Assembly (NCBI GenBank): GCA_030141605.1
Contig: JAQGDQ010000012.1
Span: 1,010,359 to 1,074,358 of the forward strand
Direction of reading: 5' to 3'
From: Tubiluchus corallicola
Lineage: Eukaryota > Animalia > Priapulida
DNA: 64,000 bases
A program made the translations under genes and the position numbers. Shown in pieces: positions 11,935-23,700 of this stretch (positions are counted from its first letter, which is position 1; every line of letters begins with the position of its first letter). A model generated the notes under the pieces. It was not told the origin of the DNA. It saw only the letters and a list, made by a program, of their open reading frames with translations, and did no database searches.

Positions 11935-14264
11935 CAAAGTGTATAAAGAGGAAGTGACGAAAGACGCCTAATGTTACGTATTTCCTTTTTGCGATTAGCG
12001 GCTATGCTGGCGGCATCAAACGGCCATTCAGTGAAAAATTTGGAGCGCCGCATTGACTGTAATAATAATATTATTAAGTTCACCAGTAGTGTTGGCATAC
12101 GTGCAATTTTGATAAGCCAAAATCACTTTTGCGTTTTTAATAAAAGAAGTATATCTCAATTAAAAGCAATTATTAGTCTAAAAAAACTGAAAACATTTCA
12201 TGAAAAGGAAAAAAATTGTAGCAATAAGTTTGTAATATGTACTTGCAAATGCCTGTTCAGTTTTCTTGTAAGTAAAATTTTATTGTTTTTCCTGAGGAAA
12301 GAGGCTAGCTGACTGCGTGATGGGCTGCCTGCTATGTAAAGAAGTAATGCATTTTTCATTGATTTATTGATTTTTCTCTCCCCCCCTCTCTTAGAGAGAA
12401 AGAGGGGGAGAGAGAGAGAGAGAGTTAAAAGAAAGACGGAACTATGAACTATGAATTTTATTTCACACATCAAAATACAATATTGTACACATAAATAAAC
12501 AATAAATAAAATAATTTGAGTAGTGTGAGGTGACCATACGGTCATTAACACACTCACCTTACTTAAATGAAAGTGAAACAATTATTAAAGATATGCGTGC
12601 TTTTGTAGATGACTCAATGAAATTGATGTAATAAAGTAAATGATGTAATAATAGCAAGGAAACATAAGAAAAACACAATATGGAATTACGATTTTGATAT
12701 AAATATTGAAATAATTTTGAAATAAAGTAAAAGATGTAATGAACTGCAAGGAAACATGAGGAAAACTTAATATGTAATTACGATTTTGATATAGGCGGCG
12801 ATGAATGAATAATTTCATTTAAATTGATTTATACCTTACTAATAAAGTAACAAAGGTCATAATGGTACCTATTAGCAAAAGAAAAACATTAGTGCAAAAA
12901 ATGACCAAATTCAAGCTGTCATATTGTCCATGACTCAATATGAGAAAAACATGCAAAATAATAACAATAATACTAAATAAAAATAATAAAAAACAAACTA
13001 AATAAAATGAAAAGCAAGCTAGCCAAACAGAAATTTAAACAAACTTTCAAATAGGGAACTGAATCAAGCTGCAAAGTACATGCATTAAAATAATACTAAA
13101 GAGTCTAATTAATAAACAAAACAAAAGAACATTATACAAGTACATTTTTTACACGTAAGCAAACTGTATTTAATGAACATTTATTTTGATGTAAGCCTAA
13201 CTGAATCTTAAAAAATTAGGCCAAATATAAGTAATGTCTGCACATGATATTATAAGGTATTATGACACGCGTGCAGATTCTAATTTATGCTTCTTGCCTG
13301 AATTCTTTAACTAGGTTTTGACATAGTTAGTTGGTTGTTATAGAGGTGGAAGTTATGTCGGCTGCTTAGGATGACAGCTCTGATGTTTCCTTCAGTTATT
13401 TTTTGTTCACTGATAATAAAAAAGAGGAGTAATGTCGTAAATACATCTCTGCTTGTTCAACGTAATTTTATAAATAACTCCAACTCATAACAAAGGCCAA
13501 TGTATGATTATATGCTTTTTAAACTTTTTTTAACTTGGAATTAACAAAACATGCAGATGTTTAGATTAAGTTATGTTCTGGAAAATTATTTGCTCTTCTG
13601 AAAAAATCGATTTTTTTCTATGAAAGGTATTACACATGAAAGTCAGGCCTAATATATCTTCAAGTTATATTTCCTGATAAGAACATATGAAATAGAAATG
13701 TTTTTTAGAAAAAATATTTCTCCAGAAATCGAATACTACATGAGCCAGGTATTCTTTCTTTTGATCAACTTTCTTAACTTCTTTTGTAAATAAGCCTATT
13801 AATTTTTATGAGATATGATTATAATAATTTTTATTTTAACTACAAATTATTCTTAACGCCTTATGCTTACTTTAAATAACATTCGAAAAGATAACAGCTG
13901 CTATAAATCGTCAAAGAGAGATGTAGGCCTTGCAGTCTTTGCTTAGCGTACAAAATATTTAACTAGTAACAAAAGTTTCAAAACTGTGTTATAATTAACA
14001 TTTTATTATAATTACCTGGCTGCATCCTTGCGAAATTTAAAAAGATATCTTTTTGTGTTTTTGCAACTCACTGCTGAGCAATTTATGAGCGCCTGTTAAC
14101 CGGGCTGGTTTTGATGGTCTCATCAATTCATCTGCTACAGTACCCACAGCCTGCGCTGTTGCGTACCTGACAACAACAGGCCGCACTGAATAGCCGCTAG
14201 GGCGACACTAACTGCGCGACCTACTGCGCAGAAGGACTTTCCCAACTTTATTGTGTATACTTTG
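11935..14264 (-). mobile_element. Non-autonomous P-element-superfamily (THAP transposase) DNA transposon
   Basis: Perfect 8-bp target duplication GAATTTAA (11927-11934 and 14265-14272); ends CAAAGTGTAT.. / ..GTATACTTTG; minus-strand THAP N-terminus NCSAVSCKNTKRYLFKFRKDAAR followed by a GT donor at about 14015-14085. Confidence 0.75.
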
Positions 14265-14470
14265 GAATTTAACGCTTAGCAAAACACGTGTTTCACATAA
14301 CAGCCCATAAGAGTTAGCTTTCAAAGAAGCACTGTAGAAAGAAAAGAAACCGCAAGGAGGAAAGCTGCTGACTTACACCAGTTTCATCCAAAAAGAACTT
14401 ATCAACACACCATTAGACATCAAAAATAGAGAGACATGCAAGGTTGCTGTGCGACGTAATCAGTCAAAAT

Positions 14471-14482
14471 GGTCACGTGACC
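14471..14482. promoter_or_regulatory. Palindromic E-box GGTCACGTGACC (CLEAR/USF/MiT-TFE type) in a CpG-rich patch; candidate promoter of paralog A
   Basis: Motif visible in a locally CpG-dense segment 14450-14520; minus-strand GTAAGT donor at 14376 suggests a non-coding first exon of A just downstream. Confidence 0.45.
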
Positions 14483-14639
14483 GCCCACTGTTTCGGCGCG
14501 CACGAGTCTGCAGAAGACGGAGTAGTTGCGTTTCAGTCCCAAATTATTTTTTTAATAAGAAAAAAATTTTTGGCTTGGTACTTCTGTTCAATATGTCAAT
14601 CTTGTTTACACATAATAATTATTTTTTTCTACCTGTGCC

Positions 14640-16305
14640 CGTGTGCTAAATATAGCCTGTATCCCATGGGATACGTTGGGATTCAACATTTAATAATACA
14701 TTTAATAAAGTCCTGGAATTTTATTACAAAATTCTGACTTCTGTAGAATCTTAACATGGAATTTACATGTGGAATCTCAAGAAGCAATTACGATCTTGTT
14801 GCAAGCATTATGAACACGTTGCACTTTATACATTTTGTTTGTCTGAGTTTGCTGCAGCACTTGCATCTGTGCCTTGATTCTTTATTCGCCATTTTTGGAA
14901 AGTCTCCAACCTGATCTTTCTGGCTTTCTAGGTTCGTACATGGTGTTTGGATATTGTAGTGCTTAGGTTGGACATTATCCTCGTCTGACTCTTCAGCAGA
15001 TGGTGGGCGGCCTCGTTTACGGCTCGTTTCAATCTTTTTGTCTTTTGAAAGTAAAGAAGTACTCACTTCTGAAGCAAATTCCGTGAGATCCATTTGTGAT
15101 TTTTTTTGGAAGTATCAGATGTGTACTGTGACGACGGTATTGTAGCCAACAATTTACAACTGCAACACTAAGGCACCAAAAGAATACTCTTCTGTACCAC
15201 TTTGTACTCTTATGATCAACTCTGTAGAAACTCATCAACATCAAACAGATCTACTGCCCCCATGTGCATGTTGTACTCTTTTACAATTGCAGGGCAATCT
15301 ACATCAACTTTTTGTTTTTGCTTTCTGTCATATCGTTTCACCTTCTGAACGGGATTTACACCAACATGAGTCGCAGTCAATGTTACAGGCTTGTTGTCAT
15401 ACCACCAAACAATGTTTATTCCAGAAATTATGTCCACTTTACTGTACCTAAGACAATAGTCCCATATTATTGCAATGAACAGTGCAAAGTAAAGCGACAT
15501 ATATTTATTGTAAAATAATCTTGGTGCATAAAAATTCATGAATTGATGAAACCTATGAAAATGTATAGCAAAACAGAAACATAAAAAATAAAAATAAGAA
15601 AGTTTGTACTCACCATAGGGTATAATATGCTATCATTCCTTCTTTATATCACTGCAATTGCCACTTAGGATTTGCTGTCTTTAGTGTAGCTGATCTTTAT
15701 AGTGTCTTGAACCACCTTGTTAATTTCTACATACTAATTTGTAGTGAAGCAGTATAATGAACAAATTGGAAAGAGACTCAATAGTGGAATTGTTTACACA
15801 GTAATGTAGTAGTATCAACATACTTTACTAAACAAAAAGCTAATTACTGGTCTTGCAAAGAGGTTTTTACACATCATTGCATTCTTGTGTCTATTATTAT
15901 GAAAGTGAATTACATCCGTTTGTTACCAATGTATCCTGTGGGATACACAACATTCTTTGTCATGTGCAAAAAAAACAAAGTCCGACTTTTTTAAAAACAC
16001 AACAAAAGCAAAAAATGTGCTTCATTTTGCAACTGCTGATAATTTTTTAAAGTGTTTAAGACATTTAGTATGCATGCTATGCTGATCTGTACAAAGTCGT
16101 CTCTAAACTACTGTACCTTGCAGTTTTTTATGCTATGTAGATTTTCTAGTTTGCCATTTTATCACCTTTTTTAGTCTATTGTTATTGGCTTAAATCAAAA
16201 TAACTATTAAGAAATCAAATAACTGTCAGTTTTAAAATTTTGTTAATTTTAAAGGCAGAAAATATTCTCGTATCCCATGGGATACAATGGGTATGAAAGC
16301 GTTAA
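14640..16305 (-). mobile_element. Degenerate piggyBac element (C-terminal transposase, frameshifted)
   Basis: WYDNKPV, CPAIVKEYNMHMGAVDLFD, YR...KWYRRVFFW...AVVNCW, and the Cys-rich C-terminus RCKCC..CIKCNV; palindrome GTATCCCATGGGATAC at 14659 and 16270 (variant at about 15931); right end GGGTATGAAAGCG|TTAA. Left boundary uncertain. Confidence 0.85.
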
Positions 16306-17190
16306 ATACTCAATTACACGACTTTTTGCTGGTGATACTAACTTTTTCAGTTCTGATACTAACATAAATCACTGTACAATTAGTAGTGGTGGTGCCCTGT
16401 GTCGTTTGAGCAACACTAGTGATGAGTGTAGAATGAGAAAGTATACTGCTATTATTAAGGTATCTGCTACAAATGGAGCATGTGTGGGTATGGGCGTAGT
16501 GGGTGCATTGTGCAAATTATTATGCTCCAACTTCCCAATTTGTGTATGGATATTCCACCCCATAGGTAATAATCTGATGCTAGGTGGTATGTAGGATTTT
16601 ACACGCACACATCCAGCATTTTACAGTTAAGTGCTGGCTTATAATTTATATTTATAAAGGTCAAAGCCCGAGGTTTCTAGTCCATCGTTGTCTAAAGCTT
16701 CCACGTGGTCTGAGCAGTACTGGCTAATTTGCATACTACTGTGCTTCCGCTCTGACAGAATGCAGTTGCATTTATAAGTGCAACAACTTGTGCCTCTGCT
16801 TCAGCCTTTACAGAAGCTGTGAAACATAAGGCCCTAAAGCCATGTAGGTGTGAAACATTCAAGTTAACCGAATGCATGGCTGTGCAATCTTGAGAATAAA
16901 TCACTGAATTTGGCTTTAGTGAAACCTCTTACCCGAAAGTAATGTCCTTCGATTCTATCATGCTTATTATGGATTTCGTGAGTAGTGGGCAAAATTGTAT
17001 ACATTCAATCGTACCACTAGGTAACTTTTGTGTATTTACTTTCAAGATCGGCCTGCCAGACCTTCACGATATTGCATTTATCAACTAACAGAAACTACAA
17101 AGAACTTTGACATTTGGTAATCATTTTTATTTGAATGTGCACCTGGCTGCAGGCCTGCTGGACATAAATCTTGTTACCCGTGTATTTATA

Positions 17191-17634
17191 ATGACTGAGG
17201 AGTATGGAACTTTAATGTTCTTTATTAATGGAAAAAAGGTAAGTGAAATACTTTACATTTTTTACACTTTTAAAATTAGATTGTTAAACAGTTGTAGGGT
17301 TATTAGCTACTGTAAATTTAGTATGCAAGATGGCAGAATTATTAGTAGCAAATTTTTTGCTTTTAGTTAACTGCTTGCAATAATATTTTTAGGAGAATTC
17401 ATTAAGAAATACCTTAAATGTGTATCGTCGATCATTACTTAAGATGCCTAATTCTGTTCTGTCATTAACTTATTGTCTTCAACAGGTTCCGAAACTTTCT
17501 CATGTTTTCACCTCATACAGTTTTACTATTTTTTTCAGGTGGAAGATAAGAATGCAAATCCAGCAACTACATTATTGCAGTACCTCAGGCTGAGATGTAT
17601 TCTTCTGAAAAAGTCTCTTTTTCTATCTCTCCCT

Positions 17635-17711
<77 letters not shown>

Positions 17712-20700
17712 TTGTATCCTTGCAGCTGCATATGAGTTATTTGGTTCTTCTTTTCTTAACTATATCTCAGTACACCTACAAGGAACAAAAGAAGGATGTG
17801 CTACTGGAGGATGTGGAGCTTGTACTGTCATGTTGTCCTGGTACGAACATGCATCAGCTAAGAAGATTCATCACTGTACTATCAATGCTTGTCTTACTCC
17901 AATATGTTTAGTACATGGCAAAGCAGTGACTACCATAGAAGGAATAGGAAGTACAAAAACTGCCTTGCATCCAGTGCAGGTATGACAAAGAATTAAATAT
18001 GAAAATACTTATCTCTAGCCAGTATTTTTTCCAATGATGAAAACAGAATAAGCTTTATTCAATTTAAGAATATTCTAATCTAGTTGGGTGCTGTTTTCAC
18101 TGTTTTTGCAAACACTTTTACTTCTTGTTTTTCTTTATAGCAATAAATTTAATTTATATACTAAAAGGCATATTTATATACTTTGCCTAACTTTCAGCAT
18201 CTGAAGGTGTTTTGCTTATTTTGGTGTTTTAATGCAACTATCTTTCCATAAAACTGTGAATGATTTTTAATTAACAGCAACGGATAGCGAAAGCTCATGG
18301 AACACAGTGCGGATTCTGTACACCAGGTTTTGTCATGTCAATGTATGCCTTATTACGAAATAATCCACAACCGTCCATGGAAAAGTTTCTTGCTAATTTC
18401 CAAGGAAATCTTTGTCGCTGTACAGGCTACAGACCAATTCTTGATGGATTGAAGACTTTTACCAAGGAATTTCAGTGCTGCCAAGATGGACAATGTTCTA
18501 AGAACAATTCAAGGTGCTGTGGTGATTCTGAATGTTCCAAAGACTGTGTTGAGGTATAAATAAAATAAATTGAGTTTTTTTTCTGTCAGTAGGTTAAAGT
18601 GTGTCTTTGTTTAATTGCTGGAAAACTCGAAACACCAAAAAAATTCAATGCTGTTGGAGTTTTAAACAAAGATTTTTTGTTTTTATTTTTTCTCAAATGC
18701 CAGCTCAGATGTGACTGATTTGAAATCTTTTACTATTATTTTAGGTTGAGTCAAGCCTGATGAAAATTGATTGTTCACCTTATGATCCAACCCAAGAGCC
18801 AATTTTTCCACCCGAATTACAAGTACGTTGATTAGCATAACAACTGAGTGGAATTGATTGTATAATGTGTTGATGGCACTGTGTCTTCAAGAATAATTTT
18901 TGATTATTTTTACTTGTTCTTTGTGTTTTGCTTATTTATAATTAAGTTGTACCCATTGTTTGAATTTCCTCGAGGAGAAATTGTTTACATTTTATGAGGA
19001 ATGCAGAGAAAATGATGGTGAAAATGTGTCTCTTGACCAGGAAGTGAATTGTGTCGTTTTGCTTATTAAGTATATATGTGTTACCAACTAAGCCACCAAA
19101 AAACCAGCTAATTGGTCTGAGCATATTGAATTCTTTTACTGGGCTCAAAAACATATCTCTTGATATTATGCTTTATATTTCGAGATTGATTTTCTGGCCT
19201 TCCATAAAATACTGCAGCCAGATCATATTTGGTGCTTCAACCTGTTCTCTTTGCCCACTTGACATTAAAAATTGTGTTGTCAGCCTAGTTGAATCTGTCT
19301 TGGGGGTAAACTTTGCTGTCTGTTTCTCATCGAAAATATTTAGCTATGTGAAAGTGCAATCAAAATCCCTCTTCATTCGCAATTGGGCTCGATTAAGTTG
19401 TTTCCAATATCGCAATGTGGAGAATAGTTGCTTATAAATCCAATTCTTTCTACCCAAGTTTCTAATCTGCAGAATTCTGAACCAAAATTGTTGGACCTGC
19501 ATTCATGTTCTTACTTTGTAACTATATACCTCAAATTTGTTTATTCTAGCTGCAACCTAGCAAACACAAAACTCTTCTATTTCAAGGAACTATCTTGACC
19601 TGGTATCATCCTGGAAATTTGAAGGAAGCTGTTGGGATAAAGAAAAGATATCTAGATGCAGTTTTTGTAGCTGGAAATAGTAGCATTGGTAAATATAATA
19701 AATTTTATACTCACATTTCTTATTATTTTATACATTTTTTGCTTCTGGTTTAGTTTCTTAATAAATTTGCTTACATCAGGCCATTTTTTTACAGGATTTC
19801 ACATAAGAAATACAACTACTCCATTAACTGTCATATCCATTAGTCATCTTGATGAACTGCAACAGGTTGAATGGACTGAATCTGGAGTGAATATTGGTGC
19901 AGCTGTTACTATGACAGCATTGGAGGTTGTTCTTAGTTCAGCTGTAGAACGATACTCGGGTATCTATATACAATGATTAGAACCATTTACGCTATTTTTC
20001 GTTGGTTTTTATTGTCTTTATGTCTAAATCTCAATGAGATTTGTTTTTCAGCTGATAAAGTGAAGCTGTTTAAAGCGGCATTGAGTATTTTATGTCGATT
20101 TGCTGGAACACAAATCAGAAATGTTGCGGTATGTAACTAAAACTAACGCTTTTTTATTTTGTTATTTGAGTGGTGGAATAGTTTGCTGTAAATGTAACTT
20201 ATTGATCGCCACTTATCAGTTATCACTAATACATATGAAATGCAGTGCACATTAAAACAAACATTTTGTGTATTATATACCTGTGTTGTACTAATCTGCA
20301 TTAACACATTTTCTTTAACAAACTTAACTTTGTAGTAAAATTCCATCTAAATACGACAATTCTGTATTTTCAGTGTAAAAATTTAACCATGAATAATTAA
20401 TAATTTTGATACATCTTTATCTCATTTCAGTGATTTGAGATTGTCTAATGCATTTCTGACTTTTGTTGCATGTATTTGCTATTTGAACTTAACTCAGTTG
20501 TTATAGATCCTATTGTGCTATAAATGACACAACACAGGACATTTTTTGGCAATGTCACCTTTTTAAGTCTGGCAAATCAAGGAAATTTGTATCAACGCCT
20601 TCATGTTTAGTTGTTGCTGTTGATTTTATTTGTTAAGCACCTATCTGTTTTTACAAGTATAGTAAGAGCTTAATAGATTCACTTTGTGGTGGGAGTGTTT

Positions 20701-23700
20701 TGACCCAATTAATTGACTGAATTAATTAGCCGATGTGTATAGCATACTAGTACTATAAAAATATCATCACTTATTGCCTTTAGAGTGCATTGCAAAAGCT
20801 TTAAGTGAATTGTTACCACTAAAAATTACAAAAATTCGCACAAGGCCAGATTGCTTCATTTCTTCACGAAGAAAATTGATATACGAAACTGTCATGCTGA
20901 TAAAAACGTTGAAAATCTGTTGCTGTATGCTGCACATATTCACGCGAATCATCTAATCGTCCAGTGCCTGAGGTGTGTGAGGTGCAGTTCGTAATGACCT
21001 TGTTTCCCCTGTGAAAAGCAGTGAGAAGTTCAAGAGCAAACCGCTGGGGCTGGACAAGTGATTAAATGTTTAGCTTCCAGAAACAATAAGGTTATCTGCA
21101 GCAGACAATTAACAAATTCAAAGCAAAACTGCTACATTAGCATATTAGTGCATAATGACAAAGGTACCTGCTTACAAAGCTGCACTTAACGTGACTGTTT
21201 CTATGTATATTATAGTACACAAAAGCTACGTAAAGATGGCATAAAAGCAATAAAAACTTTGGCCACACACAAGTGCCTTATTTTTAGTACATGAAGGAAA
21301 AATATTGAGTCAGTTGTGTGGAGTTTATTGAGTCAATTTGCCCGCAGTTTTTATATACATTTGAGTAGGAATGGCCCGTACCAAGCATTTTTTAGTCAAT
21401 TAGGCGACTGATGCTATTAACCGTCTAATAAATGGCACCTACTGTACATGTATTTGGAAGAGATACAATTTTAGATAAGAACTTTTTAAGTCTTTGCATA
21501 ACTTAAAACAACGCTCGTCACTATATCAATATTCTAAATAATAGAATTGTTTTTTTATTTAATATCATAGACAATAGGCGGCAGTATTGCCTGCGCTACT
21601 TCACAAGCAGATTTGAATCCATTATGGCTGGCAGGAGGTGCTAGGATTTCAGTTGTGTCTTCTGATGGAGTTGTTAGGAATATTTCTGTTAACGAAGAGT
21701 TTTTTCTTGGAAAGGGACAGACAGCTTTAACTCAAGATGAGATAATTACGTCAGTTTTTCTGCCATTTACTTCTAAGGTATCAAACATTTGTTGCTATTG
21801 GTCACTCTTCACTATTATCAGTTTGGTCTTACAGTAAATGACATCACCTGACCGATTTACTGCATTTGCAAAGGCATGTTTAATTTTTGCACTATGCTAA
21901 CAAACATACCGATTTCGTTTTGTTATTAATAGTTGTGATATCAGACATTGTTGGAATAACTACTGTACTTGTTAATCAATTAAAATAAAGTTCAGCAAGA
22001 TAATGAAGTATGAGAGAAAGCACATTATTTTCTAGGCAAATCTGGGTCCAGGTCAACATCATGCCACAAAGTTATTGATTTAATATTGTTGTCTTTATTG
22101 ATGCCGGCATCAGCAGCTGCTGTTATTTTTGTTGTTCGTTACTTTTATTCTTTTTGTTGCTGCTGTCATAGTTGTTGTTGCCGCCGCTGTCGCTATTGCT
22201 GTTGTTGTTTTTGTTGCAGGACAATTACACAAATTATTCCACTCCATTTTCTCACAAGCTTGCCCAGTCTAACTCCAAACCTGTTATGAAGTCAAAGATT
22301 AAAAATTTGAGCATTTTGGTACCATTAGGAAAAACTTTTTTTCAGTTTTTTATGGGTCATTCATTGATTGTAATTTTTGCCTTTGCTAAGTTTAGTTTTT
22401 CTCTTTATCCTGTAGTAGTATAACCTTATTTAAAACCCTCTTTTTATTCATGAGATTACTTTTTCACTAATAATCAATTTTTGAAATGTATACATGTATG
22501 TGCACTGTGCTTGTACATATAAGAGCATACTCCTTATAGGTGTTTATATTAATTTCTATGACCTACTGACCACCTTATATTATCCCATTATGTCTCTTGA
22601 TAGGGATATCAGAAAAGTTAAGATATTCCAGTTACTCCAAGTTGTAGAGCATTCACTGATTTTGTGTAATATAGCTTTACCTAGTTGAATTATTCATAGA
22701 TTGTGTATTTTGTCTTTGAGAAAAAAACATGCAGAAAAAAAGAACACCACACATAATGCCCTTACACTGTAGTAGTGCCTTAAAACAAATACATACTATT
22801 TTATAAATGCCTATGTTACCAGTACATACGTATTATTGTGCATTAAACTGATAAATTGGTTTTAGGAATTTTTTTCAAAAAAAATGATGCTGGGAACACG
22901 CTGTACTTTTCTGTATTTGGATGGAGCTACTATTGATTGCAATTTTTTATTTATAATGGCATTATTTATCTTCCATTTTATAGAACGATCACATTTTCAC
23001 TTACAAACAGTCAAATAGAAGAGAATTTGATACAGCAGTTGTTGTATGTGCCTTTAAGGTGCAACTTGATGCAGAATACAACAGTGTCAAATTCATACGT
23101 ATATGCTATGGTGGTGTTGGACAAACCACAGTGGCTGCCATAAAAACTGCAGAAATACTCAGTGGAAGGTAACACAAGCTTTTTCCTTGTGAAAGTAATA
23201 ATCATTTTTAGGATTCGCTAACCGAGCATTTGTTAAATTTAGGGTTTTTTCAATGTATGTGTTATTGTGTGAGAATGCTAAAAATTGTATTTGTATGACA
23301 TCACTGAATAGGTTGTTTCCTAGTTTTTTTTTCATAATAATAATAATTGTTATATGATTTTTGTTTTTCCTGAGTCAGAAGTATCTTTATTCTTCAAGTA
23401 GTCAGTTGGGTACAGTAAATAGTAAGATTAATTATTTTTTGGCACCCACTGGTAGCAATGTATTGAACACTTGTTTTTGCAAACCTAATACATCGTATAT
23501 TTTTTTTATAAATTTTGATTAATTTATGTGAGCTATTTTTATGGTGCTTTACTTTTGTTTTGTAAATTGAGAAAGATTATATGCATTTCTTGACAGAACA
23601 TGGAATGATGAAATGTTGCAAGCTGCATATAGCTCTCTTAGCCATGAATTAAACGTACCAGCTGATGACCCTGATGGAATGGCTGATTATAGGAATCTAT

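Noticed and set aside
16306-16370. TRLFAGDTNFF resembling the RT LFADDT motif
   Set aside because: Too short, with no colinear RT sequence found nearby; at most a tiny LINE scrap.
18470-18553. Cys-rich, length-variable tail of exon 4 as a novel metal site
   Set aside because: A variable CC..CC linker after the Fe-S domain is a normal feature of animal XDH.
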